DNA from: an uncultured Rhodospirillales bacterium
GTDB taxonomy: Bacteria; Pseudomonadota; Alphaproteobacteria; Ferrovibrionales; Ferrovibrionaceae
Reading direction: 5' to 3'
NCBI GenBank assembly: GCA_937905845.1
Contig: CALCYJ010000208.1
Location: 23-64,022, forward strand
Length of the DNA: 64,000 bases
Shown here: positions 49,609 to 58,852 of the stretch, piece after piece
How the letters are laid out: each line of letters begins with the position of its first letter
How positions within the stretch are numbered: the first letter of the stretch is position 1
The notes under the pieces: model-generated
Told to the model about the DNA's origin: nothing
What the model saw: the letters and a program-made list of their open reading frames with translations, nothing else
Database searches by the model: none
Program-made: the position numbers and the translations under genes

Positions 49609-50615
49609 CCATGGCACCGATCGGGACGAATGCCGGCCCGGTACCCTCGCGCGCCAGAGCGGCCCAGGCGTTGTTGGCCAGATTCGGCGTTCTGATCGGC
49701 TTTGCCGCCGTGATCCTGTTTTTCGCCGTGTCGTCGCCGACCTTCCTCACCCTCGGCAACATCACCAATATGCTGGTCAACAACGTCGCCCTGCTGGCGA
49801 TGGTGGCACTCGGCATGACCATCGTCATCGCATCGGGCGGCATCGACCTTTCGGTCGGCACGGCGGTCGATCTGGCGAGCATGGTGTTCATCATGCTCAT
49901 GGCCGCCGGCCACGGTTTGATGGTCGGATTATTGGGTGCCATCGCCGTTGCGGCGGTCGTCGGCGCCGTCAACGCCATCCTGATCACCCGCCTGCGGATC
50001 AGCCCGTTCCTCGCCACGCTGGGCGTGCTCTTCATCGGCCAGAGCGTGCAGCAGCTCTCAAGCGACGGCGGGAACCCGATCTACCTGTTCAGCAGCGACA
50101 TGGCGCACAAATTTTCCTTCATCGGGCATGGCAGCCTGCTCGGCATTTCCATTCCGTTATGGATTGTCGCCGTGTCCTATATCGGCGTCTTCATCGTGCT
50201 CCATTACGCGCGATTCGGCCGCTATGTCTATGCGCTGGGCGCCGAGCCGGGCGTGGCCTGGTATTCGGGGCTGCGCATCAAGCGGGATACCGCGGCGATC
50301 TATGTCCTGAGCGCGGTGCTGGCCGGAATTGCCGGGATCATTCTCTCCTGCACCGTGCGATGCTATGTTCCGTTGTCGGGCAACGCGTTCATCCTCGATG
50401 CCATCGGCGCCGCCTTTATCGGCACGACAATCAGCCTGGAGCGGCGGCCCACCGTGATTGGGACGCTCGTCGGTGTTCTTCTTCTCGGCATCGTCAAGAA
50501 CGGGCTTCTTCTCGTCGGCTGGAATTTCTACTGGCAGCAGGTCGGTACCGGCGTGGTGATCCTCCTCGTCCTCGCCACGAGCTTCGCGACCCGCCGCCAT
50601 GTCGGCGAAGCCTGA
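49605..50615 (+). CDS. Sugar ABC transporter permease 2
   Basis: ATG 49605 overlaps the previous stop (ATGA). GMTIVIASGGIDLSVG is an RbsC-like motif. Confidence 0.85.
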   Translation: MTMAPIGTNAGPVPSRARAAQALLARFGVLIGFAAVILFFAVSSPTFLTLGNITNMLVNNVALLAMVALGMTIVIASGGIDLSVGTAVDLASMVFIMLMAAGHGLMVGLLGAIAVAAVVGAVNAILITRLRISPFLATLGVLFIGQSVQQLSSDGGNPIYLFSSDMAHKFSFIGHGSLLGISIPLWIVAVSYIGVFIVLHYARFGRYVYALGAEPGVAWYSGLRIKRDTAAIYVLSAVLAGIAGIILSCTVRCYVPLSGNAFILDAIGAAFIGTTISLERRPTVIGTLVGVLLLGIVKNGLLLVGWNFYWQQVGTGVVILLVLATSFATRRHVGEA

Positions 50616-51612
50616 TAGCGGCAAGCGGGATCGGAATCGTGTGGTGACAAAATTCGACGTCAGTTCGGTCGGCTTTTCCGTTCTCGATATCCTCGGCCGG
50701 CCGGTGAGCGCCATCCCGCCGGGCGGACGGGCGGCCTTCATCGAGGAAATCCGCATGACGGTCGCGGGCACGGCGGCGGCGACCGCGGTTGATTGCGCCA
50801 TTCTCGGCCTGAAGACGCGCATGGTCACCGCGGTCGGCGACGACGACATGGGGGATTTTCTCACATCGAAAATGGAAAGATTCGGCATCGAATGTTCGAT
50901 GGTGAAGCGCATATCGGGCGTCCCGACCTCGGCGACGATCCTCCCCATTCGCCCGAACGGCGAGCGGCCGGCGCTGCATGTTCCCGGCACCGCCGCCGCT
51001 TTCACCCTGATCGAGAGCGAGTATGAGGGCGCGCTGGATGCAAGGGTGATCCATGTCGGCGGGACGGGACTTCTGAAGGCCTTCGACGGCGAACCGACCC
51101 TCACGTTCCTGAAGCAGGCCAAGGCGCTTGGGCGAACGACCACCTTCGATCTGATCCAGTCGAACCCGGAGACGATCGAACTGGTCGCGCCGCTGTTGCC
51201 CTATATCGATTATTTCGTCCCCAGCATCGACGAGGCCGGCGAAATGGCCGGCAGTGCCGACCCGGCGGCGGTCGCCGCGTTCTTCCGGGCGAAAGGGGTC
51301 AAGAACAGCTTCCTGACGCTTGGCGCCGACGGTGTCTATGTGATGCCGGAGCGGGGCGCGGCGTTTCACGTGCCGGCCTTCGACATCCCGGTTGCCGATA
51401 CCACCGGCTGCGGAGACAGTTTCACCGCCGGCGTCATCGTCGGCATCATCAAGGGCTGGGATTTGCCCTATACCGCCCGGTTCGCGTCCGCGGTCGCGGC
51501 CAAGGTTGCCATGGGTCTCGGCTCCGATGGCAAGCTCGTTTCGCTTGACGATACGCTGGAGGCGCTGCGCAGGCTGCCGACGAAGGTCCCATCGCGCACC
51601 TATGTGGCGTGA
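50599..51612 (+). CDS. PfkB-family carbohydrate kinase
   Basis: 337 aa. The C-terminal signature DTTGCGDSFTAG and an N-terminal GG-type lid region are present. It overlaps the end of permease 2 by 17 nt. Confidence 0.85.
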   Translation: MSAKPDSGKRDRNRVVTKFDVSSVGFSVLDILGRPVSAIPPGGRAAFIEEIRMTVAGTAAATAVDCAILGLKTRMVTAVGDDDMGDFLTSKMERFGIECSMVKRISGVPTSATILPIRPNGERPALHVPGTAAAFTLIESEYEGALDARVIHVGGTGLLKAFDGEPTLTFLKQAKALGRTTTFDLIQSNPETIELVAPLLPYIDYFVPSIDEAGEMAGSADPAAVAAFFRAKGVKNSFLTLGADGVYVMPERGAAFHVPAFDIPVADTTGCGDSFTAGVIVGIIKGWDLPYTARFASAVAAKVAMGLGSDGKLVSLDDTLEALRRLPTKVPSRTYVA

Positions 51613-51733
51613 GGATCGGGGCGATGGAATGTGTCGTCGCCGATCGTGTCGCATCGGCGGCCCGGTGCGGGATCGCGGCCAGGCGCCTGGCGGATGATTA
51701 CGGGCGCCGGCAGGCTTAGGAAATGGGGCGCGG

Positions 51734-52144
51734 ATGGGACGGGAACTGGCAATGTCTTTGGCCCTGGCGGTTCTCGCGATCCATGTCGCGGTGATCGCGT
51801 TCAATATCGCCGGCCTCATTGTCATTCCCCTGGGCGGATGGCGCCGCTGGCGCTTCGTCCGCGTGTTCTGGTGGCGGGCTCTCCATCTCGGGCTCCTGGC
51901 CGTCGTGGCGCTTCAGGCACTGTTCGGCCGCGCCTGCTTCCTGACGCTTTGGCAGGCCGAACTTCAGGCGGGCAGCGGTGCGGGATCGGCCAGCCAACCG
52001 CTCATTGCGCGCTGGGTGGAAAGCGTCGTCTTCTGGCATCTGCCGATCTGGTTCTTCGCGGGACTCTATGGTGCCGTCTGGCTCTATGCCTTGGCTTTAT
52101 GGCTTCTTGTCCCGCCGGCGAGGCGGCTTGAGCGCATGGAATGA
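51734..52144 (+). CDS. DUF2784-like small membrane protein
   Basis: 136 aa with 3-4 TM segments. The pattern LLAIHVAVIAFNIAG...W.HL....V.L..L.G..C.LT resembles DUF2784. An alternative ATG lies at 51752. Confidence 0.6.
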   Translation: MGRELAMSLALAVLAIHVAVIAFNIAGLIVIPLGGWRRWRFVRVFWWRALHLGLLAVVALQALFGRACFLTLWQAELQAGSGAGSASQPLIARWVESVVFWHLPIWFFAGLYGAVWLYALALWLLVPPARRLERME

Positions 52145-52220
52145 GAAAGTGATTGTTTCCGGCGGCGGCGCAGGGAATGCTGGCATCGTCAATCCAGGTG
52201 AATCGAGAGCGAGGTGCGTC

Positions 52221-53693
52221 ATGGCCAAATCCGAATGGACATACAAGACCGCCGGCGAGATGGCGGACGCACTGGCCGCAGGGCGGGTTTCCGCGGTCGA
52301 ACTCGCCAAGGATGCCATCGCGCGGATCGAGAGCTGCGATGAGCGCATCAACGCCGTCTGCGTTCGCGATTTCTCGCGGGCGCTCGATCAGGCGCGCGAG
52401 GCCGATCAGGCGCGGGCGCGCGGGGAGCGCAAGCCGCTGCTCGGCATACCGATGACGGTCAAGGAATCGTTCAATATCGCGGGGCTGCCGACGACCTGGG
52501 GATTTCCGCTGCAAAAGGATTTCGTGCCGGCCGAGGACGCGCTGGTGGTCGCGCGGGTCAAGGCCGCGGGCGCGGTGATCCTTGGCAAGACGAACGTGCC
52601 GATCGGCCTGGCCGATTGGCAGAGCTACAACGACATCTATGGCGTGACCGGCAATCCCTTCGATACCGGCCGCACGCCGGGCGGCTCGTCGGGCGGCTCG
52701 GCGGCGGCGCTGGCGGTCGGATACGGCGCCCTCTCGCTCGGGTCCGATATCGGCGGCTCCCTCCGCGTCCCCGCGCATTATTGCGGGGTTTGCACGCATA
52801 AGCCGACCTTCGCGCTCGCCGCGGCGCGCGGCCACACGCCGCCGCCGTTTCCGCCGATGCCGGGCTCCGTCGATCTCGCGGTGATCGGCCCGATGGCGCG
52901 CAGCGCCGCCGACCTGGCGCGCCTGCTGGACGTGATCGCCGGTCCGGACGGGCTCGACGACGGCGTCGGCTACCAATTGGCGCTGCCGCCGGCGCGCCAT
53001 GCGCATCTCAAGGACTACCGCGTCCTGGTGCTCGACACCCATCCTCTGGTTCCGACCGAAGCCTGCGTCCAGGCGGCGATCGAGGATCTCGCCGGACAAT
53101 TGACGAAGACCGGGGCCAAGGTGGCGCGGCAAAGCGCGCTCCTGCCCGATCTCGCCGATGGCTCCAGGCTTTACATGCGTCTGCTGTTCTCGGTCCTCGC
53201 GTCTTCCTGGCCGCCGGAGGTCTATGCCCGCTTTCAGGAGGCAGCGGCGAGGCTTGACGCCAAGGACGACACGCTTGCCGCCGAACGGCTCCGCGGTGCC
53301 ACGATCAATCATCGCGACTGGATGGCGGCGAATCTTCGGCGCGCCCACCTGCGCGCGCAATGGCGACGTGTTTTCCAGACGTTCGATGCGGTGATCTGCC
53401 CCGTCGTGCCGACCCCGGCCTATCCGCACGATCACTCGCCGGACCAGGAGGTGCGCCGCATCACGATCAACGGCGCGCCGCATCCCTATCTCGATCAGCT
53501 CCTGTGGCCGGGCGTGGCAACCGCGCCGGGCCTGCCCGCGACCGCCATCCCGGTCGGCCGTTCGCCCGAGGGCCTGCCGATCGGCGTGCAGATCATCGGC
53601 CCGTGGCTCGAAGATCGCACGCCGCTCAAACTGGCCGAGCTGATCGAACGGGAATTCGGCGGTTTCGCCGCGCCGCCCGACTTCAACAATTGA
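52221..53693 (+). CDS. Amidase (amidase-signature family)
   Basis: ATG 52221. GIPMTVKESF and GGSSGGSAAALA signature sequences. About 490 aa. Confidence 0.9.
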   Translation: MAKSEWTYKTAGEMADALAAGRVSAVELAKDAIARIESCDERINAVCVRDFSRALDQAREADQARARGERKPLLGIPMTVKESFNIAGLPTTWGFPLQKDFVPAEDALVVARVKAAGAVILGKTNVPIGLADWQSYNDIYGVTGNPFDTGRTPGGSSGGSAAALAVGYGALSLGSDIGGSLRVPAHYCGVCTHKPTFALAAARGHTPPPFPPMPGSVDLAVIGPMARSAADLARLLDVIAGPDGLDDGVGYQLALPPARHAHLKDYRVLVLDTHPLVPTEACVQAAIEDLAGQLTKTGAKVARQSALLPDLADGSRLYMRLLFSVLASSWPPEVYARFQEAAARLDAKDDTLAAERLRGATINHRDWMAANLRRAHLRAQWRRVFQTFDAVICPVVPTPAYPHDHSPDQEVRRITINGAPHPYLDQLLWPGVATAPGLPATAIPVGRSPEGLPIGVQIIGPWLEDRTPLKLAELIEREFGGFAAPPDFNN

Positions 53694-53923
53694 TGAAAGG
53701 CATGGCCCGCCGCGGCGCCCGGATGAAGATCCGGCAATCGCGGGCGACGGCTGGTATTCTCGCTATGTCCGAAAGGACGGGATTGCAGACGACCTCGCCC
53801 GCGTCGTTGGATGCTTGTCCAGGTGCGTTTCGAGGGCCGTTTGATTTAATCCGTGTAATTTGATTGAATGGCGCGCTCAAGAGAAGCCGGATCGGGCCGG
53901 AACAACGCACCAGGGAGAGAAAA

Positions 53924-55255
53924 ATGCCAGAAGGCGGAAAGAAAACGCTCAATAGACGGCATGTGCTGAAGGCGGGAGCCGCCGCGAGCCTATTGCCCTT
54001 CATTCACACCGGCCGGGCTTTTGCCGAGACCCCGATCGGGTCCTGGCCCGCCGGCGTTTCGGGGGATACCGCCTTCATCGGCATCTCGACGCCGTTGACG
54101 GGGCCCTATTCGGCCGACGGCGCCGACCATCTCAAAGGCTATCAGCTCGCGATCGAGCAGCTCAACAACGGCGGCGGCATCGTCAGCAAGCTGCCGCATC
54201 TGAGCGGCAAGGGCGTTCTCGGCAAGAAGGTCATCTACAAGTACGCCGACAGCCAGACCCAGCCCAACCCGGCGGTGCAGGCCCAGACGACCTTCATCAA
54301 CCAGGACAAGGCGATCATGATCACCGGCTGCCTGTCGAGCGCGGTGGCCGTCGCGGTGGAGAAGCTCGCACAGCGCGAGCAGGTGCTGAACATGGTCGGT
54401 TGCAGCGGCGCGAACGAGACCACGGGGGCCGATTGCGTGCGCTATGGCTTCCGCAACCAGCCCTCCGCCTATATGGCCGATCTGGCGCTGGCGCCGGTCC
54501 TGGCCAAGCATCTCGGCCGGAACCTCAAGGCCGCCTACCTGGTGCCGGACTATGTCTACGGCCATTCGGTATTCGGCACCCTGTCGGAGGCGATGGACAA
54601 GAAATACGGCTGGAAGGTCGCGGCCAAGCAGATCGCCCCGCTCGGCACGAACAATTTCAGCTCCTACCTGCTCAATATCGCGAACAGCGGCGCCGACGTC
54701 TTTATCAATGTCACCTTCGGCGCCGATGCCGTCTCCTCCACCAAGCAGGCGAAGCAGTTCGGCCTGATGGACAAGATGAAGCAGGTCCAGCCGAACATCT
54801 CCGCCTTCCTGCCCGACGGGGTCGGCGCGGAGCTGATGCAGGATACCTATGGGACGTTCGACTTCTGGTGGACCCAGTCCTACAAGGATCCGATGGCCAA
54901 GATCTTCGTCGACGACTTCATGAAGAAGTTCAACTACAACCCGCGCTGGGCCGCCCATATCGGCTATACCCAGATGATGTTCTGGGCCGAGGCGGTGGAG
55001 CGGGCGAAGAGCTTCAACCCGGTCAAGGTCATCAAGATGCTGGAGAGCGGCTTCAAGCTCGATCTCCCGGGCGGCGAGACCTATTATCGCGCCTTCGACC
55101 ATCAGGCGGTCCGGGCCGTTCCGGTCGTGCTGGGCAAGAAGCCGAGCGAGATGAAGAGCAAGGACGATTATTTTGAGATACTCGACCTCGTTCCCGGCGA
55201 GGACGTGATGCCGCCGAAGGGCTTCCAGGGCTGCAAACTCGGGCCCTATATCTGA
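53924..55255 (+). CDS. ABC transporter substrate-binding protein (Leu/Ile/Val/amide-binding PBP1 type) with twin-arginine-like signal
   Basis: ATG 53924 after GGGAGAGA. NRRHVLKAGAAASLLPFIHTGRAFA signal. About 443 aa. Confidence 0.8.
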   Translation: MPEGGKKTLNRRHVLKAGAAASLLPFIHTGRAFAETPIGSWPAGVSGDTAFIGISTPLTGPYSADGADHLKGYQLAIEQLNNGGGIVSKLPHLSGKGVLGKKVIYKYADSQTQPNPAVQAQTTFINQDKAIMITGCLSSAVAVAVEKLAQREQVLNMVGCSGANETTGADCVRYGFRNQPSAYMADLALAPVLAKHLGRNLKAAYLVPDYVYGHSVFGTLSEAMDKKYGWKVAAKQIAPLGTNNFSSYLLNIANSGADVFINVTFGADAVSSTKQAKQFGLMDKMKQVQPNISAFLPDGVGAELMQDTYGTFDFWWTQSYKDPMAKIFVDDFMKKFNYNPRWAAHIGYTQMMFWAEAVERAKSFNPVKVIKMLESGFKLDLPGGETYYRAFDHQAVRAVPVVLGKKPSEMKSKDDYFEILDLVPGEDVMPPKGFQGCKLGPYI

Positions 55256-55285
55256 TCTGCGGATCTGCGGATCTGCGGATCTGCG
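55254..55285. repeat. 8-bp tandem repeat x4 abutting the SBP stop codon
   Basis: GATCTGCG x4 perfect copies. The first copy shares GA with the TGA stop at 55253-55255. Confidence 0.85.
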
Positions 55286-55293
55286 GACCCAGG

Positions 55294-55329
55294 CCCCGGC
55301 CAGCGGGATCGTTTCCCGCCGGGCCGGGG
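55294..55329 (+). other. Strong GC hairpin between the SBP and permease genes (attenuator or mRNA-stabilising element)
   Basis: CCCCGGCC-A-GCGGGA loop TCGTT TCCCGC-C-GG(G)CCGGGG gives about 14 bp of pairing. No U-tract. Confidence 0.5.
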
Positions 55330-55441
55330 TCGTTGCGGCTTAAGGTCTGATCGAGGATCCATCGAAGGGGGGCAGGACCCGGTTTTCGGCCGGGCGCGGA
55401 ACGACCCATAACGATAATAAACGACGGCGGGAGGTTTCACT

Positions 55442-56317
55442 TTGGTTACATGGGCACTGCTTTGGGCACAGCTCTTCAATGGTCTCGTGCTCGGAGCCTT
55501 GCTGGTGCTCGTGGCCATGGGCCTTACGATCGTGTTCGGCACCCTGGGCATCGTCAATTTTGCCCATGGCGCGCTCTATATGATCGGGGCCTATGCCGGC
55601 TATGTGGCGTTTCTCCATACCCAATCCTTCATTCTCGCGATGGTTTCGGGGGCGGCGGTCGTCCTTCTGATCGGCGTCATCCTGGAACGCGGATTGATCC
55701 GCCATTACTACGCCCGACCACCGGAGGACCAGATTCTCGTGACCTTCGGCCTGGCGATCGTCCTGATCGAGATCGTGCGCCTGATCTTCGGCGGCATTTC
55801 GCGGCGCACCGACGAGCCGATATGGGGAAACGGCGTCGTCAATCTCGGCCTGCTCTATTATCCGCGCTATCAGGTCGAGGTTCTCGGCATCGTCACCCTG
55901 GTCCTGATCGCGCTCTACCTCGTGCTCTACCGCACCAAGATCGGGCTGATCGTGCGTGCCGGGATCGAGGATCCGCTGATGGTGAACATTCTCGGCATCA
56001 ACGTCACCCGGACCTTTCTCCTGGTCTTCGGCCTCGGCGCGATGGCCGCGGGCTTCGCCGGTGTGATCAACGCGCCGATCGTCAGTGTCGATCCCGATAT
56101 GGGCGCGCCCATTCTGATCCAGTGTTTCGTGGTCATCGTCATCGGCGGCGTCGGTTCCTTCTGGGGCGCCGTCGCTGGCGGCCTGATCGCGGGCGAGACG
56201 CTTTCCCTGACCACCATGGTGGCGCCTGATTACGCCCAGGTCATGCTTTTCGCCGCGATGGCGTTCATCCTGATCGTGCGGCCGCAGGGCCTGTTCGGGG
56301 TGAAGACCCGGCAATGA
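55442..56317 (+). CDS. Branched-chain amino acid-type ABC permease (LivH-like)
   Basis: 291 aa with a TTG start. LLVLVAMGLTIVFGTLGIVNFAHGALYMIGAY is typical of LivH. Confidence 0.88.
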   Translation: MVTWALLWAQLFNGLVLGALLVLVAMGLTIVFGTLGIVNFAHGALYMIGAYAGYVAFLHTQSFILAMVSGAAVVLLIGVILERGLIRHYYARPPEDQILVTFGLAIVLIEIVRLIFGGISRRTDEPIWGNGVVNLGLLYYPRYQVEVLGIVTLVLIALYLVLYRTKIGLIVRAGIEDPLMVNILGINVTRTFLLVFGLGAMAAGFAGVINAPIVSVDPDMGAPILIQCFVVIVIGGVGSFWGAVAGGLIAGETLSLTTMVAPDYAQVMLFAAMAFILIVRPQGLFGVKTRQ

Positions 56318-58155
56318 AAGGATATTCGACCCAAGCGCCCAGGCGCGTTCCAAGCTTGCTCCCGCTCATAGCGGTAGCCGTTGGCCTGGTCATCTTTCCC
56401 TTCGTCTTTCCCTTCCTTGACGGCACCATCGACGTGGCGGACCGGATTCTGGTCTGGGGCCTCTTCGGCCTCGGCTTCGACATCCTGTTCGGCTATACCG
56501 GCCTGCTCTCTTTCGGCCAGGCGGCCTTCTTCGGCGCCGGCGGCTTCACCACCGCCTATCTCCTGGCCGGCAACATCACCTCCAGCACAATCCTGGCCCT
56601 TCTCGCCGGCATGGCGGTTGCAGCCGTCCTCGGCGTGATCATCGGCCTCCTGTCGCTCCGGCGCTCCGGCATCTATTTCGCCATGCTGACGCTGGCGTTC
56701 GGCGAGATGCTGTTCTTCCTGGAGAATTCGCCGCTGCGCCAGTGGACCGGCGGCGAGAACGGGCTTCCCGGCGTGCCGAAGCCCAACCTGCCGCTCGGCT
56801 TCACCACGATCGAGCTGCACTCGGCGCTGGCCATTTACGCCTTTATCGCCGTTCTCTTCTTCGTCGGATTCTGGCTGGCGCGGCGCATCATCGTCTCGCC
56901 CTTCGGCATGGTGCTGCGCGCGATCCGCGAGAATGTGGAGCGCGCCGGCGCCGTCGGCCACGATGTCCTCCTCTACAAGCTGGTCGCCTTCGTCATCGCC
57001 GCGGTCTATGGCGGGCTCGCCGGCGGCCTGCTCGGCCTTCTTCAGGGCTATATGCCGCCCGATGCCTTCTATCTCGAAACTTCGAGCCAGCTCATCATCC
57101 AGACGGTGATCGGCGGCGCCGGGACCTTGATCGGTCCTCTGGTCGGCGCGGCGATCTGGCTCTATCTCTATCAAATCTTGCAGATAGTCCCGGGCCTCGG
57201 CGGGGCGTGGAAACTCATCCTCGGTCTTGTGTTCGTAATTCTCGTCACCGGCCTGCGCCAGGGGATCGTGGGTGGCATCCTGCTGGTCTGGCGGCGGCGG
57301 CGCGCCCGAGGCGGACAGGCCGAGGCGGGCGCGGTGCAGCCGATCGACGACGCCCCCCCGCCGCCCCGCGTCAAGCCCGATTACACCAAGCCGCCCATTC
57401 TGGAGGCGCGCGATCTCTCGAAGCATTACGGCGGCCTTCTCGCCGTCGACAAGGTTTCCTTCTCGGTGGTCGAGGGCGAGACCCGTGCCGTGATCGGCCC
57501 GAACGGCGCCGGCAAGAGCACCTTCTTCAAGATGCTGGCGGGCGCGGTGCAGGCCACGAGCGGCGATATTCTTTTTGCCGGCGCGCCCATAACCGGGCTC
57601 GATGCCGCGCGCATCTGCCAGCTTGGCGTGGTGCGGAGCTTCCAGATCAACCAGATCTTTCCCCATCTCACCGTGCGCGAGAACATCACGATCGCGGCGC
57701 TGGCCCGCCGGCGGGGAAAATTCCGCCCCGACATGCTTTCCCGCATCGATGCCGTGCCGGGGCTGGACGATCTGGTGCGTGATACGCTCGCCGCGGTCAG
57801 CCTGACCGCGCGCGGAGATAGAAGGGCAAGCGATCTTGCCTATGGCGAGAAGCGCCGTCTCGAGATCGCGCTGGCGCTTGCCACCTCGCCCCGCGTTCTG
57901 CTGCTCGACGAGCCGACCGCCGGCATGAGCCCGGCCGAGCGCAGCGACACGGTGCGCCTTCTCAAGCGGATCGCCGCCGCGATGACCATTGTGATCGTCG
58001 AGCACGACATGGACGTGGTGTTCGAACTCGCCGATCGTGTCACCGTGCTTTCCGAGGGGCGCAAAATTGCGGAAGGCGAGCCGGTGGAAATCCAGAACAA
58101 CCCGGTGGTGCGCGCGGCCTATCTGGGGGGCGAGACCGAATATGAGCCTGCTTGA
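56314..58155 (+). CDS. Fused LivM-like permease / LivG-like ATP-binding protein
   Basis: 613 aa. The N-terminal ~330 aa are hydrophobic (GYTGLLSFGQAAFFGAGGF). An Arg/Pro-rich linker follows. The ABC domain has GPNGAGKST, YGEKRRLEIALAL and LLLDEPTAGM. Confidence 0.85.
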   Translation: MKGYSTQAPRRVPSLLPLIAVAVGLVIFPFVFPFLDGTIDVADRILVWGLFGLGFDILFGYTGLLSFGQAAFFGAGGFTTAYLLAGNITSSTILALLAGMAVAAVLGVIIGLLSLRRSGIYFAMLTLAFGEMLFFLENSPLRQWTGGENGLPGVPKPNLPLGFTTIELHSALAIYAFIAVLFFVGFWLARRIIVSPFGMVLRAIRENVERAGAVGHDVLLYKLVAFVIAAVYGGLAGGLLGLLQGYMPPDAFYLETSSQLIIQTVIGGAGTLIGPLVGAAIWLYLYQILQIVPGLGGAWKLILGLVFVILVTGLRQGIVGGILLVWRRRRARGGQAEAGAVQPIDDAPPPPRVKPDYTKPPILEARDLSKHYGGLLAVDKVSFSVVEGETRAVIGPNGAGKSTFFKMLAGAVQATSGDILFAGAPITGLDAARICQLGVVRSFQINQIFPHLTVRENITIAALARRRGKFRPDMLSRIDAVPGLDDLVRDTLAAVSLTARGDRRASDLAYGEKRRLEIALALATSPRVLLLDEPTAGMSPAERSDTVRLLKRIAAAMTIVIVEHDMDVVFELADRVTVLSEGRKIAEGEPVEIQNNPVVRAAYLGGETEYEPA

Positions 58156-58840
58156 AATCGACGCCATCAACACCTACTACGGCGAAGCGCATGTCCTCTT
58201 CGACATCTCGCTTCATGTCGAGCAGAACGAAGTGGTGGCGCTTCTGGGCCGCAACGGCGCCGGCAAGACGACGACGCTGAAGACGATCATGGGCGTGCTG
58301 GCGCCGCAATCGGGCGCCATCCGCGTCAATGGCGAGCCGGTGCAGGGCCTGGCTCCCTATCAGATCGCCCGCCGCGGGGTGCAGCTTGTGCCCGAGGAGC
58401 GGCGGATCATCGGCGCGCTCACGGTCGAGGAAAATCTCGAGCTTGCGGCGCTTTCGGCGCCGCAGCGCTGGAGCCTTTCCCGCATCTACCAAATCTTCCC
58501 GCGGCTTGGCGAACGGCGGAAGAACCACGGCAACGAACTATCCGGCGGCGAGCAGCAGATGCTCGCCATCGCCCGCGCGCTGATCCGCGACGCCAAGCTC
58601 ATTCTGCTCGATGAGCCTTTCGAGGGCCTGGCGCCGCTGATCGTGCGCGACCTCCTGAAGGTCTGCCGCCTTCTCGCCGACGAGGGGCGCACCATTATCA
58701 TTGTCGAGCAGAATGTGGCGGCGGCCCTCAGCCTGGCGCAGCGCTGCTACGTGCTGAACAACGGCCATATGGTGTGGGAGGGGACCGGCGCCGCCCTCAA
58801 GGCCGATCCCGACATCATGCAGACGCATCTCGGCATCTGA
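58142..58840 (+). CDS. Branched-chain amino acid-type ABC ATP-binding protein (LivF-like)
   Basis: ATG 58142 overlaps the upstream gene's end. GRNGAGKTTTLKTIMG, LSGGEQQMLAIARAL and LILLDEPFEGLAP motifs. Confidence 0.9.
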   Translation: MSLLEIDAINTYYGEAHVLFDISLHVEQNEVVALLGRNGAGKTTTLKTIMGVLAPQSGAIRVNGEPVQGLAPYQIARRGVQLVPEERRIIGALTVEENLELAALSAPQRWSLSRIYQIFPRLGERRKNHGNELSGGEQQMLAIARALIRDAKLILLDEPFEGLAPLIVRDLLKVCRLLADEGRTIIIVEQNVAAALSLAQRCYVLNNGHMVWEGTGAALKADPDIMQTHLGI

Positions 58841-58852
58841 TCTCATGACCCG

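Noticed and set aside
55254-55285. Possible CRISPR or other spacer-repeat array
   Set aside because: The units are only 8 bp and directly tandem with no spacers, and no cas genes are present. It is a simple microsatellite.
41919-58850. Calling the tRNA-Gly-adjacent region a mobile genomic island
   Set aside because: No integrase, transposase or conjugation genes are present. I found no direct repeat of the tRNA 3' end by eye. It is reported only as a compositional or accessory-region observation, not as a mobile_element feature.
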